Shown here piece after piece: positions 40,215 to 49,599 of a stretch of DNA of 64,000 nt. The notes under the pieces were generated by a model. That model did no database searches. It was not told the DNA's origin and saw only the letters and a program-made list of their open reading frames with translations. The translations under genes and the position numbers were made by a program. Positions within the stretch are counted from its first letter, which is position 1, and every line of letters begins with the position of its first letter. Source of the DNA: Candidatus Omnitrophota bacterium (GTDB lineage Bacteria > Omnitrophota > Gorgyraeia > JABMRG01 > JAFGKX01); assembly GCA_043797125.1 (NCBI GenBank), contig JAZDPX010000006.1:6921-70920 (forward strand), written 5' to 3'.

Positions 40215-41897
40215 TCATTTATACACCGCTCCTGTTGACGCTGACTGCACCAATTTTGCGTATCTCGCTAAACAGCCTGATGTTATTTTCGGTTTCGCCG
40301 GTTTTAATTTTTTAAGGCGCGCGTCTAATTCAGCCTTCGCTATTTTAAGTTCTATTTTTCTTTTTGGTATGTCTATTCGAATATAGTCGTTGTCTTTAAT
40401 AACTGCGATAGGCCCGCCTGCCGCTGCTTCAGGAGATATGTGCCCTATGCACGGGCCCTGCGTTCCTCCTGAAAAACGGCCGTCTGTTATTAATGCGACT
40501 GACGAAGATAATCCCATGCCTACTATCGCCGATGTCGGAGAAAGCATCTCTCTCATGCCCGGACCGCCCTTCGGGCCTTCATACCTAATAACAATAACAG
40601 TGCCTTTTTTTATTTTACCATCCATAATGGCTTTCATGGCAGTTTCTTCGGAATCAAAACATTTCGCCTTTCCTGAAAAAGACATCATGCTGCTTCCGAC
40701 AGCGCTTTGCTTAACAACGCAGCCATCAGGCGCTAAATTGCCCTTTAACACAGCAATACCACCTGTCTTGTGATACGCCTTTGCAAGCGGCCTTATAACA
40801 TCGTCGTTGTAAATAATAGCTGACTTTGCAATATGCTTTATGCTTAAGCCGCTGACAGTCATGTTGTCCTTAAGTTTTCCTATTAACCTGTTAAGGCATC
40901 CCGGCACCCCGCCGGCATATTCCAGGTCCTCCATCATATAATCGCCGGCAGGCTGAATATTAGTTATATGCGGCGTATTTCTGCTTATTTTATCCATTTC
41001 ATCCAAAGATATTTCAATTCCTGCCTCATGCGCTATCGCGGGAATATGAAGCATTGTATTTGTGGAGCCGCCTAAAGCCATATCCATTAAAACCGCGTTG
41101 TGTATGGAATTTTTTGTCATTATCTTTCTTGCGGTAATGTTCTTTTTAACAAGCTCGACTATTCTCTCTCCGCTATCCTTGGCAATTCTTGTCTTTTTAG
41201 AAAAGTTTGCCAATGCGGTAGCGCATCCGGGCAAAGACATGCCCATTGCCTCGCTGACGCATGCCATGGTATTGGCTGTGTACAAACCCTGGCATGAACC
41301 TGCTCCCGGGCATGCGCATAGCTCAAGCTGCTCCATGTCATGCGCTGAGATTTGGCCCATTCTTCTTTTTGCCAACGCCTCAAACGTATCCCTTACTAAT
41401 GAACGCCGTATATTTTTATACATACCTGAATGCATAGGCCCTGCTGTAACAACTATCGCGGGAATATCAAGCCTTGCCGCTGCCATAAGCATGCCCGGAG
41501 TAATTTTATCGCAATTAGTAAGCAGAATGAGCCCATCCAGCGCATGCGCCATTGTCACTGCCTCTATGCAGTCAGCAATAAGCTCTCTTGTAATAAGGGA
41601 ATACTTCATTCCCGTATGCCCCATTGCTATGCCATCGCACACACCGGGTATGCCGAAGATAAACGGCTGGCCGCCGCCGGCATTTACACCGGCCTCAATA
41701 GAGCGCTCAAGCGCCCTCATGCCTATATGGCCTGGAATAAGGTCTGAAAAGCTTGAGGCAATGCCTATAAAAGGCTTAGCTATATCAGCCTTTCTTAACC
41801 CTGTAGCGTGTAAAAGCGCCCTGTTTGGCGCTCGTTCCAATCCGATTTTTGCGGTATCGCTTCTCATGGTTATTCTCCGGTTTACGCAGATTATCAC
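40215..41897 (-). CDS. ilvD: Dihydroxy-acid dehydratase
   Basis: 560 aa as listed. ILV/EDD signatures ([15 protein letters not shown]; Cys ligands for the Fe-S cluster). True start is probably the internal MRSDTAK (about 41867), because the REP-like element begins at 41885. The antisense ORF 41062-41982(+) is rejected. Confidence 0.9.
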   Translation of the reverse strand: MIICVNRRITMRSDTAKIGLERAPNRALLHATGLRKADIAKPFIGIASSFSDLIPGHIGMRALERSIEAGVNAGGGQPFIFGIPGVCDGIAMGHTGMKYSLITRELIADCIEAVTMAHALDGLILLTNCDKITPGMLMAAARLDIPAIVVTAGPMHSGMYKNIRRSLVRDTFEALAKRRMGQISAHDMEQLELCACPGAGSCQGLYTANTMACVSEAMGMSLPGCATALANFSKKTRIAKDSGERIVELVKKNITARKIMTKNSIHNAVLMDMALGGSTNTMLHIPAIAHEAGIEISLDEMDKISRNTPHITNIQPAGDYMMEDLEYAGGVPGCLNRLIGKLKDNMTVSGLSIKHIAKSAIIYNDDVIRPLAKAYHKTGGIAVLKGNLAPDGCVVKQSAVGSSMMSFSGKAKCFDSEETAMKAIMDGKIKKGTVIVIRYEGPKGGPGMREMLSPTSAIVGMGLSSSVALITDGRFSGGTQGPCIGHISPEAAAGGPIAVIKDNDYIRIDIPKRKIELKIAKAELDARLKKLKPAKPKITSGCLARYAKLVQSASTGAVYK

Positions 41898-41975
41898 AGA
41901 TAAAAAAATACAGGATGATCACAGATATTATATCTGCGATCATCTGCTTCTTTCAATCTGCGATCATCTGTGTTT
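41885..41975. repeat. REP-like palindromic element, family C copy 4 (upstream of ilvD)
   Basis: cgcagattatcacagataaaaaaatacaggatgatcacagatattatatctgcgatcatctgcttctttcaatctgcgatcatctgtg. Confidence 0.6.
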
Positions 41976-42058
41976 TCTCTAATATAATACTTAGGGTTAG
42001 ATTATAGCACACGATTTTTTGATGTCAACTATTTTACGTAAAACCCCCGTATAGCAAA

Positions 42059-42206
42059 GGCCTGTGGTAATTCGAGCAGGGCTTGCGAGGCCGAAGCGGG
42101 CATGGTTCGCCCTTGTTTCAATACAGGCGAGAGCGAAGGCCGAGGTCAGAGCGCAAAAATCCACGCTGGGGATTTTTGCGCGTCCCTGCGAGAATTGCCA
42201 CAGGCC
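42059..42206. repeat. MITE-like / structured palindromic element, family A copy 2
   Basis: Terminal IRs (gc)aaaggcctgtggtaattc ... gaattgccacaggcctttg(c). Internal hairpin gcgcaaaaatcc-acgctg-gggatttttgcgc. Lacks the 29-bp sub-hairpin present in copy 1. ORFs 41997-42269(-) and 42064-42309(+) lie within it and are rejected. Confidence 0.65.
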
Positions 42207-42250
42207 TTTGCTTTGCAGATCTCTCTTTTGTAAGAATGACAGCCGGGGCC

Positions 42251-42279
42251 TTGAAATTTTAGAAAACATAGTGTATATT
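42251..42279 (+). promoter_or_regulatory. Sigma70-like promoter (TTGAAA - 17 nt - TATATT)
   Basis: TTGAAA at 42251-42256, a 17-nt spacer, TATATT at 42274-42279, with TG at 42272-73 immediately upstream of the -10 (extended -10-like). Confidence 0.45.
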
Positions 42280-42286
42280 TATAGTA

Positions 42287-42377
42287 CAAGATTAAGAAAG
42301 GGAGGGTAGCCAAGTAGCGAAAGCTATCTAGGTTTACAACCTAAAGTAAAGCCTCCGATATTTCGGGGGCTTTTTTT
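42287..42377 (+). ncRNA. Candidate small structured RNA or riboswitch-like leader with an intrinsic terminator, upstream of the GT-C gene
   Basis: No ATG/GTG/TTG-initiated ORF. Contains a GNRA-capped hairpin (guagc-GAAA-gcuau), a second hairpin (uagguu-uac-aaccua), and the purine tract AAGAAAGGGAGGG that could pair with the terminator 5' arm CCUCC (anti-terminator). Terminator gcctccgata-ttt-cgggggc plus a T7 run at 42351-42377. Confidence 0.35.
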
Positions 42378-42418
42378 ATTTGCTTGGATTCTATGCAAAA
42401 ATATGCTATATTAAAAAA

Positions 42419-43504
42419 ATGAACGACTCCGAGCTAATGTATGGCAAAGGCACATATTTGCTGCTGTTTTGCTTGATATTTGTAATTGCGCTCGGTGCTG
42501 TCCTCTACAGCTTACAATATATCACCTATAACATAAGAGGCAACGAAGGCTGTTACTTAAAATATGCCGCGTTTATCAAAGATAACGGCATTGCTAAGTT
42601 TCCTACCCTTTACGAGTTTTTACTGGAAAATGAAAAAGGCCGCGCTTATCCTTCTTTGTTAAGGCTTGGCTTTGTGCTTTTGTGTTCTTTCTGGATCAGG
42701 GTATTCGGGCAGACGTTTTCAGCTCTTTCGTCTTTGTCTGTTTTTAGCTACTGCCTGCTTCTTGTAATATGTTATTACTTCTCTAAAAAGCATTTCAGCG
42801 ACAAAATTGCCCTCTGGTTTACAATGCTTGTGGCGTTTTCTCCTTTAAATATGTATATGGCAAGGCGCGCTTTACCGGATAGCACCGCTACCATGCTTTT
42901 TTCTCTCGCTATATGGGCCTTTTATGATTTAGTGAAAAAGAAAACCCCCGTTAAATACCTCATATTCGGTTTGGCTCTTTCAAACGCCATATTAATAAAA
43001 GAACCCGCTGTCATTTTATCTCTAGCCTTTTCTTTATACCTTTTATATATGATCTTCTATATGAAAAAAGGCTTTTATATAAAAGGCTGGATGTACACAA
43101 GCCTGTTACTGCTTCTTATCGTCGGGGTATTGTATCTTATAAGTACGGGCGGCTTTGTCTTGTTTTCGCCTTGGGTATTTACTCTCGCGGTGGGCTTTAT
43201 GCTGTATTCTATATTAAGAAAACGCCTGGATGAAAAGGTAATGTATTTTTTATTTATCTTTATTTTTGTCCTGGCATTTTTGTGCAGCGGTATTTTTACA
43301 TCAAACATCAGGCATATTGTTGTTCTTGATATGCTCTTGAGGATCTTTTTTGTATTGATGCTTAAAGAGCTGTTTGAAACCTATACCCCCAAGTATTCAA
43401 ATACGCTTATATCGGTCGTTGTCATTACAATATCCGTCTTCGGCTATCTGGCCTTTATGGAATTATTTTTTGCAAAAGGCATATATGACCCTATGAGCTT
43501 TTAG
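42419..43504 (+). CDS. Polytopic membrane protein, probable GT-C-fold glycosyltransferase (ArnT/PMT-like)
   Basis: The ORF track gives 42380-43504 with a TTG start; the first ATG is at 42419 (MNDSELMYGKG...). About 10 predicted TM helices. This is the only plus-strand gene in the window. Confidence 0.45.
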   Translation: MNDSELMYGKGTYLLLFCLIFVIALGAVLYSLQYITYNIRGNEGCYLKYAAFIKDNGIAKFPTLYEFLLENEKGRAYPSLLRLGFVLLCSFWIRVFGQTFSALSSLSVFSYCLLLVICYYFSKKHFSDKIALWFTMLVAFSPLNMYMARRALPDSTATMLFSLAIWAFYDLVKKKTPVKYLIFGLALSNAILIKEPAVILSLAFSLYLLYMIFYMKKGFYIKGWMYTSLLLLLIVGVLYLISTGGFVLFSPWVFTLAVGFMLYSILRKRLDEKVMYFLFIFIFVLAFLCSGIFTSNIRHIVVLDMLLRIFFVLMLKELFETYTPKYSNTLISVVVITISVFGYLAFMELFFAKGIYDPMSF

Positions 43505-43521
43505 TGTTTATTTTCTTATAA

Positions 43522-45771
43522 TCATAAAAAACGCTTGAAAGACTTTAAAAACCAAAAGCCCAAAATAAGGAAAAGCCCTGCAAAATAAAAGATGAGGCTC
43601 GCTATATAGAATCCCGGTTCATAAATGAACTGAACTCGGTGAGTCCCTTTTTCCATCACAATAGATTTAAAAGCCAAATTTGCTTTGTAGACTTTTTGTC
43701 TTTGCTCATCGATAAAAACCTTCCAGTCTTTATCAAAACCATCGCTGTAAAAAAGAAAACAGTCCTCGAGACAATGCACATCCATAAGTATTTCATTCGG
43801 TCCAAACCGTATAACCTCTATTTCGCCTTCTTTGGTGCTAAGATTCTGAATATCGTCCCGAGAGACAAGAATCAAATGAGAATATTTTAATGGCAGGGCC
43901 TCTTCAAGAAAAACAACTTTTTCCAAAATCGCAGAATCAGCTTTTTCCAACTCCACAACTATTACAGGCTGGGGCAACACAACGGCCTTGGGGACAAGGC
44001 GTAACTTCGGGGCCGAAATACCCATCAGGTCAGACTTAACACTAAAAGAAATCCGTTGATTATTAAAAAAATAAAAAAAATTTTTCATTTCATAAAAATG
44101 CGTTGTCACCCAAGGTATATTTGTACTATAGGCCGCATCTTTCTTAAGCATAGCCGGCGAAAAAGCATAAAAAGGGTATTCGGGGCTTATGAAGGCAATT
44201 CTTTTATCCCGGTATACAAAGTCCGTTGGTTGAGTGACGGCATCCTGTCTTCTTGGCATTGTAACAAAAGACAAGACAACTTGGTGAAATAGGGACAAGT
44301 CAACAAAAATAAACAATATAAGAAAAAAAACTTTTAAGGACATTCGGATTTGCGGCTTTGTAAAGGCAAAGAATATTATCGAACTACCTAAAATAAATAT
44401 ACAGGAATTTACATCTGATTGATAAAACAATGGTTCTAAAAAGGACGTGAGAGCTTTTGTTGTAATAGTAGCATAATCCTTAAGAATATTGTATGGAGTA
44501 ATAATGAGAGGATAAACACGAATAAGCTGTCTGTTGGCCAAAATTGCGAAATAACCGATTCCGATAACGATAAGATAAATGGGGCGGATAAAACTATTTA
44601 TTTGCGATAAAAAAGTTTTTTCAAAAAAAATATCTAGGCCAAAACACTCCAAAACGATTAAACAAAAAATAAAAAAAGGGCCAAACGTAAGAGTATTACG
44701 GATAGCGGAAAAAAAAGGCAGAATCTTGCAGCACAAGGTAAAGAGATGCGTGTTATCATTCAACATGATTAAGGCAATGACAACGCAAGCAAAGGCGAAT
44801 CCCCGTTTATAGGGATGGTGGGAATAAATCAAGCCTATACAAACAAAAACCAGAGGAATTAACCCTATATAAAGAAAAGATTCTGACATAAAATGCCAGT
44901 TAAAAAAATGGAGGGCAAAAGAATAAGGAATAAATAGGTTCAAAAAGTCAGCAAAAAAAGCGGGCGCAGCCAAGGGGGCTTCAAATAAACGCGAAGTGGG
45001 CACAACATCATTTTTGTATGTGAGGTAAACAACAAAAATATTTAATGTCAAAAGGCATAAGTAAAATAAAGCCCCCAGCACATAAATAATCCCTTTTTTA
45101 AAAGCGAAAACCTTTCTGACAGAAAGCCCCTTTGTTAAAAAAAGGCAAGCCAGGACAACAGCTAAAGATAAAATGACGTAGGCTCCGTGATAAGAAGAAA
45201 GGGCAATCCCGGAAAAAAAAGTCAAATAAACAAGAAACCTCAGGCGGTATTCCGTTAAAAATTTTAAAGTAGACCACAAAATCCAAGGAAATAAATAAGA
45301 AGATAAAATTAAGGAATTTTGTTTTAAATAGGCGGTGGCCAAAGAAGAAAAAGACAAACTCACAAAAGCGATTACGGCGCTGAGCCTGTATTTTGCAACG
45401 GAAAGAAAAAACGTATAGGCTCCGGCGATAAAAATCATATAACGCAGGAACAGGTCAAAATGATAAATAGTCAGGAAATCTAACCTGAAAACCTTGGCGG
45501 CTAATATCAAAAGGAGAACTTGAGGGTCCAAAAGATGAAGAATATTGATATTTAAAAAGAAGGCCTCGCCGCAGTTCATAAAAGGGTTCCAAAAAGGAAA
45601 AATTCCATGAAGCAAGCTATCCGCAAAATAAGCAAATACGCCGTACCATATAATGGTATCGTGGGTTGCCATCAGCTCCTTTGTCACAAGCAAGCCCCTC
45701 TGCAAAAGAAATAGAGTCGCTCCTACGGCCAGGGCCACGGCCCATGTTTTTATTTGCTGGATTTTTTTCAT
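43522..45771 (-). CDS. YfhO-family large membrane protein (GT-C-like glycosyltransferase)
   Basis: 749 aa. N-terminal motif HGIFPFWNPFMNCGEAF matches the YfhO W-N-P-x-x-F-x-G signature. Many TM helices. Confidence 0.6.
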   Translation of the reverse strand: MKKIQQIKTWAVALAVGATLFLLQRGLLVTKELMATHDTIIWYGVFAYFADSLLHGIFPFWNPFMNCGEAFFLNINILHLLDPQVLLLILAAKVFRLDFLTIYHFDLFLRYMIFIAGAYTFFLSVAKYRLSAVIAFVSLSFSSLATAYLKQNSLILSSYLFPWILWSTLKFLTEYRLRFLVYLTFFSGIALSSYHGAYVILSLAVVLACLFLTKGLSVRKVFAFKKGIIYVLGALFYLCLLTLNIFVVYLTYKNDVVPTSRLFEAPLAAPAFFADFLNLFIPYSFALHFFNWHFMSESFLYIGLIPLVFVCIGLIYSHHPYKRGFAFACVVIALIMLNDNTHLFTLCCKILPFFSAIRNTLTFGPFFIFCLIVLECFGLDIFFEKTFLSQINSFIRPIYLIVIGIGYFAILANRQLIRVYPLIITPYNILKDYATITTKALTSFLEPLFYQSDVNSCIFILGSSIIFFAFTKPQIRMSLKVFFLILFIFVDLSLFHQVVLSFVTMPRRQDAVTQPTDFVYRDKRIAFISPEYPFYAFSPAMLKKDAAYSTNIPWVTTHFYEMKNFFYFFNNQRISFSVKSDLMGISAPKLRLVPKAVVLPQPVIVVELEKADSAILEKVVFLEEALPLKYSHLILVSRDDIQNLSTKEGEIEVIRFGPNEILMDVHCLEDCFLFYSDGFDKDWKVFIDEQRQKVYKANLAFKSIVMEKGTHRVQFIYEPGFYIASLIFYFAGLFLILGFWFLKSFKRFL

Positions 45772-45774
45772 CGC

Positions 45775-46647
45775 CTAAAAATCTTTTACCTCGACGGAAG
45801 TATGGCCAAACTGCTGGAATCGGTTTGTCTTGACTTTTACATCGCAGGGATTGCAGTGGCCAAAAAGCAGGCATTCTCTGAACTTATCATCAACCTGAAA
45901 ATCGGGATCGCATATGTGGCCGATAGGATCAAGGCCCGTATAAAGATCCGCATGACAGCGAAATATATGGCCGGCGCTATCCATTAATAGCTCTGTCGTG
46001 CGGCATAAAACAGCTTTCTTAAACTTCTTGTCGCAGGCACCATTGTACCTGTAGTTGCCGTATAACTTACCTTGAAACTCTCCTAAAAATTCTTTTTCGC
46101 GGAAATCTATACCCAATTTTAAACATTTCTCCCTGGCGCTGACAATGGCGTTCTTATGAGAGGGGTGCGTTACTACCCAGATACCAATGCTAAAATGCGC
46201 GTCTTGCATCCGGAGGACTTTGGCGACTAAATCGTTGAAATCCATTGTTTCGGGATGATAACTGACACGGATAGACGCATAAGGCGCTTTCCTCCTGATG
46301 CGTTGTGGGCTGACTTTCTTGATGAATTCCTTTATATCGAACTGCAGATTGGTCAAGATATCAATATTTAACTCGGGTTTAAGATTATTAATTATATAGA
46401 TAAAATCAGGGTGCAGGCTCGGCTCGCCTCCCTGCAGGGTAACCGGTAAATCGTCCCTTGATATGATGCGGTTTAGCCCTTTAACCCACTCTTGGCCTGA
46501 CATAATCGGGCGTTTGATAGCACTCTGCTGAAAATAATTGATGCAATAACTACACTTTAGATTACACGCAAACGTCAAAAAAAAATGCAATATAATTGTA
46601 GCGAGACGGAATATGTATAGGTTTAAGATTCTCCGAAGCCATAACAA
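45775..46647 (-). CDS. Radical SAM protein with a Cys-rich C-terminal (SPASM/twitch-like) region
   Basis: 290 aa. CNLKCSYC (CxxxCxxC) at aa 27-34. C-terminal cysteines in CDKKFKKAVLC...RCHADL...CDPD...CLLFGHCNPC. Confidence 0.7.
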   Translation of the reverse strand: MLWLRRILNLYIFRLATIILHFFLTFACNLKCSYCINYFQQSAIKRPIMSGQEWVKGLNRIISRDDLPVTLQGGEPSLHPDFIYIINNLKPELNIDILTNLQFDIKEFIKKVSPQRIRRKAPYASIRVSYHPETMDFNDLVAKVLRMQDAHFSIGIWVVTHPSHKNAIVSAREKCLKLGIDFREKEFLGEFQGKLYGNYRYNGACDKKFKKAVLCRTTELLMDSAGHIFRCHADLYTGLDPIGHICDPDFQVDDKFRECLLFGHCNPCDVKVKTNRFQQFGHTSVEVKDF

Positions 46648-46665
46648 AACTCTCTCTTATGAGGT

Positions 46666-47196
46666 TTAATAAAATTCGCTTTTCTTACCCAAAAGGATTA
46701 TTTTTAACAAAACGATTACTTTGGCTGCCCACAACAGGACCGGTTGGCCGATATAGAATGCGTTGTCCTTGACAATCACTTGTCTGTTCTTTAACAAGCG
46801 CGAAAGCCTGCGCTCAACAATTTCCTGGGCGTTATAACGTTTCAATAGTTGAGCCAAAACAAGGCCCTCGGGAGATGCCCTAAGCTCTATTAGAATCCTG
46901 ATGCGCCTGGCTGTCTCGCCCAAATTAATAAAATTAAAATAACAATAAGACAGCGAAATATACGTAATCACATGGACCGCAGTTGCGGCCGCCTGCTTAT
47001 GCCATGCGATAGAATTTAAAAACAAAAAAAAGAAATCAAATAAAAAAATGCATGCCAGCCCGACACCAAAACCCAGAAAAATAGATTTAAGCATGCCAAA
47101 TTTGCTAACAAGCCGATAAGCGCATATTTGACTTATGCTATTCACCGCCAAAGCTATAACAGGAATAACCGTAACAAGATAATTTTTCATAGCCAA
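46666..47196 (-). CDS. Membrane-anchored winged-helix-like protein (paralog of 47199-47681)
   Basis: 176 aa. About 3 N-terminal TM segments, then RRIRILIELRASPEGLVLAQLLKRY...RRLSRLLKNRQVIVKDNAFYIG (helix-turn-helix plus wing pattern), then a C-terminal hydrophobic segment. Confidence 0.4.
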   Translation of the reverse strand: MAMKNYLVTVIPVIALAVNSISQICAYRLVSKFGMLKSIFLGFGVGLACIFLFDFFFLFLNSIAWHKQAAATAVHVITYISLSYCYFNFINLGETARRIRILIELRASPEGLVLAQLLKRYNAQEIVERRLSRLLKNRQVIVKDNAFYIGQPVLLWAAKVIVLLKIILLGKKSEFY

Positions 47197-47198
47197 CG

Positions 47199-47681
47199 CT
47201 ACCCGCCTTTGGGCGCCTTGAGCAAACGGCGAAAGTTAATAAAAATATCTGCCAATAAAACCCCTTTTGGCGTCGGGCGGTATAGCCCCTTATCAAGAAC
47301 AACCATTCCGTCCTTAACTAAATCGTTTAAACGCGGCAGCACGAGCAGCTCATCCGAAAACCCGGCATAAAATTCTTCTTTTGTAAGGCCCAGGGGATAT
47401 GCCTTAGCAATATCCAGGATCATAATAAGCGATGGGCTATCCACCTCAATCGCCGAATAAGAGACTATATAAGCCAATGCCAAGGATGAATAGAACAAAA
47501 CAAGCTGAAAACAGAATGCGGGGTCTTTTCTGAAGCACCATATGCCGACGGATAAAACGCCGAAAAAAATAATTAATAAAACTTTCGTGTGATTTTTTCG
47601 CGGCAGGTAAACTTTCCATATTAGGAAGTGGATTCCGAAAGAAAAAAGAAAAAGAATTGTCCCGTAAATTAAAACCGACAT
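47199..47681 (-). CDS. Membrane-anchored winged-helix-like protein (paralog of 46666-47196)
   Basis: 160 aa. About 3 N-terminal TM segments, then SLIMILDIAKAYPLGLTKEEF...LVLPRLNDLVKDGMVVLDKGLYRPTPKG (wHTH-like). Confidence 0.4.
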   Translation of the reverse strand: MSVLIYGTILFLFSFGIHFLIWKVYLPRKNHTKVLLIIFFGVLSVGIWCFRKDPAFCFQLVLFYSSLALAYIVSYSAIEVDSPSLIMILDIAKAYPLGLTKEEFYAGFSDELLVLPRLNDLVKDGMVVLDKGLYRPTPKGVLLADIFINFRRLLKAPKGG

Positions 47682-47697
47682 TTTGATGCCTTTAACG

Positions 47698-48801
47698 TTA
47701 AATAAAATTTATATGTTTCGGCGGTCTGCCCAAAGGCGCATCCATACAGACATCTTGGTGCTTTAAATCCCATAAAAATTCATTCACTTTATGCTGAAGG
47801 CACAACGTGCCACACATGCATCGTGCGTCAAATTCATCGGAGCCTATGAGGCGCAGCACTTCCCGGTAGCGCTCGCTCTTCCAGATTTCTTTAAAAGATT
47901 TTTCTGTAATATTACCTATATGATATTTTGAGTATCTCTTGTTAAACAACATGCCGCAAGGCGCCACAAGACCTGACCCTGAAAACTGCATAATAAACGC
48001 AGGCCCGTAACAACGGGTGTAGCGGCGTTTTCCGCTGCTTAGGATCTTTGACCATTTCACCGCGACTTCATAACCTTCGCTGGAAATTTTTTGGGCCTCT
48101 TTTAAAATACCCTCGCATTGTTCATATTTTAAATAATCAACACCTAAAGACCCTTTTTCATCGTCGCTACAATGTTTGAAAATCGTATAATCGACCCCCA
48201 GTTCCCTGCCCAGTTTGGCCAACGGTATCACTTGATCAGAAAATGCCGGCAGGAAAACCATCTGAAGTCCGATCGTAACATCTAATTTTAGATTTTTCTT
48301 GATTTGAACGCACTCTCGGATAATGCTGCAGACCTTCTCATAGCAAGAGATGCTGCAACCATGAATCTCTGCGTAGCGTTTTGCTTTAGCCGCGGACATA
48401 TTAAAACGTATATAGGTAAGGGCGGGTAAAATCTCAACCAGCCTCTCTTCTTTTAGAAGGTAACCGTTGGTTCCGACGGCTATATCAAGGCCGTTTGCCT
48501 TACCTCGTAAGATGGCATCGTAAAAATGCGGCGAGCATGTGCTTTCTCCGTCGCTGACAAAGCTGATTGCCTTAACGCCGATTTCGGCCGCATCATCCAA
48601 AAATCTAAAGATGGCGTCCTTGGTCATCTTTTTCTCATCATTAGCCTGCAGCATGCCGTAACAGTAAATGCATCTATACGTGCAGCGGCGCGTTAAGGCG
48701 CAATCTATCGTGACCGGTGCGATGCGCTCGCCTTTTAACCAAGCATCTACGCGCTCTTTATGCCACGCTAATTTTTGTCCATCAAGAATTAAATCGCTCA
48801 A
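47698..48801 (-). CDS. Radical SAM / SPASM-domain enzyme (paralog of 51634-52701)
   Basis: 367 aa. CTYRCIYCYG cluster motif. C-terminal Cys-rich region (CMCGTLC). N-terminus SDLILDGQKLAWHKERVDAWLKGE aligns with SDFFRIDSHKLIFHVDRVNEWLRGK of the paralog. Confidence 0.7.
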   Translation of the reverse strand: MSDLILDGQKLAWHKERVDAWLKGERIAPVTIDCALTRRCTYRCIYCYGMLQANDEKKMTKDAIFRFLDDAAEIGVKAISFVSDGESTCSPHFYDAILRGKANGLDIAVGTNGYLLKEERLVEILPALTYIRFNMSAAKAKRYAEIHGCSISCYEKVCSIIRECVQIKKNLKLDVTIGLQMVFLPAFSDQVIPLAKLGRELGVDYTIFKHCSDDEKGSLGVDYLKYEQCEGILKEAQKISSEGYEVAVKWSKILSSGKRRYTRCYGPAFIMQFSGSGLVAPCGMLFNKRYSKYHIGNITEKSFKEIWKSERYREVLRLIGSDEFDARCMCGTLCLQHKVNEFLWDLKHQDVCMDAPLGRPPKHINFI

Positions 48802-48819
48802 TTATAACCTAATGATGCC

Positions 48820-49599
48820 TTAAAAATTTTTCCTTCTTGCCGCTGTTTGGGAATCGCTGTGAAATTTAGACGTAGAGTCAAATTTTTCTTTTCGCAAGGA
48901 AAAATCTTTCAGCAACCTTAAATAGCCCCTGACAACCTGAAAAAATGACGGAAAGCTCACGGCTTTTGAAACTCCTTTATTCCTGACTCTTACCCTGTAA
49001 GGGACCTCGGCAAAAAGATATCCTTTTTTGACTAACCTGATCAAGATATCCGTCTGAAAAAAGAAACCGCTGGAGTAGACATTCGATTCTTTGAGAATAG
49101 ATTTTCTATAAAGGATGGTGCCGTTAGTATAATTAAAATTCACAAAAAAAGTCGTGTTGATTATAAAACGAAACAAATATGAAAGCGCGTTTCTAAAAAT
49201 AGACCTGACCTCCCTGTTAAAAAGAAATGGTATAACGATATCCACATGCTCCAAGAGCTTGTAATATCGCAAAATTTCTTGAGGATCGTTTTCATTATCC
49301 CCTGGCAGCATAACGATAAAATTGCCTGTAGCTGCATCGACACCCTCCCAGAAAGAAGCGCCGAGGCCCTGTGGCTTAAGATGTTTAAGGATTACTATCT
49401 TCTCGGGATGCTCTCGCGCTTTCTCTTCTGCTATTGCCTGCGTGCGGTCAGCGCTGCCATCATTAATCACAATAATTTCGCCAATAATCCCAAAAATCTC
49501 AAAGGCTTCCAGGGTATCCTTGATAGCCCCTAAAATATTGTGTTCTTCATTAAGGGCCGGCATTATAACGCTCAGCTTATTCCTTTTCTCTGTATTCAA
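48820..49599 (-). CDS. GT2 glycosyltransferase, polyprenyl-phosphate sugar synthase-like (DPM1/GtrB type)
   Basis: 259 aa. LSVIMPALNEEHNI...EIIVINDGSADRT (DXD region). 4-bp overlap with the E1 beta gene. Confidence 0.8.
   Translation of the reverse strand: MNTEKRNKLSVIMPALNEEHNILGAIKDTLEAFEIFGIIGEIIVINDGSADRTQAIAEEKAREHPEKIVILKHLKPQGLGASFWEGVDAATGNFIVMLPGDNENDPQEILRYYKLLEHVDIVIPFLFNREVRSIFRNALSYLFRFIINTTFFVNFNYTNGTILYRKSILKESNVYSSGFFFQTDILIRLVKKGYLFAEVPYRVRVRNKGVSKAVSFPSFFQVVRGYLRLLKDFSLRKEKFDSTSKFHSDSQTAARRKNF

Noticed and set aside
41062-41982. 306-aa plus-strand ORF antisense to ilvD (also 32691-33500 antisense to aroC, 35779-36393 to leuA, 16549-17082 / 15053-15577 to the GT genes, 18388-19236 to lpxL, 31013-31573 to dprA)
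   Set aside because: Each is antisense to a gene whose product shows full-length conserved enzyme motifs. Long antisense ORFs are expected by chance in this codon-biased DNA, and none has a recognisable motif.
42287-42350. The purine-rich AAGGGAGGG tract considered as an RBS for a small protein
   Set aside because: No ATG/GTG/TTG within 15 nt downstream, and stop codons in all frames within 40 nt; treated instead as part of a non-coding leader.
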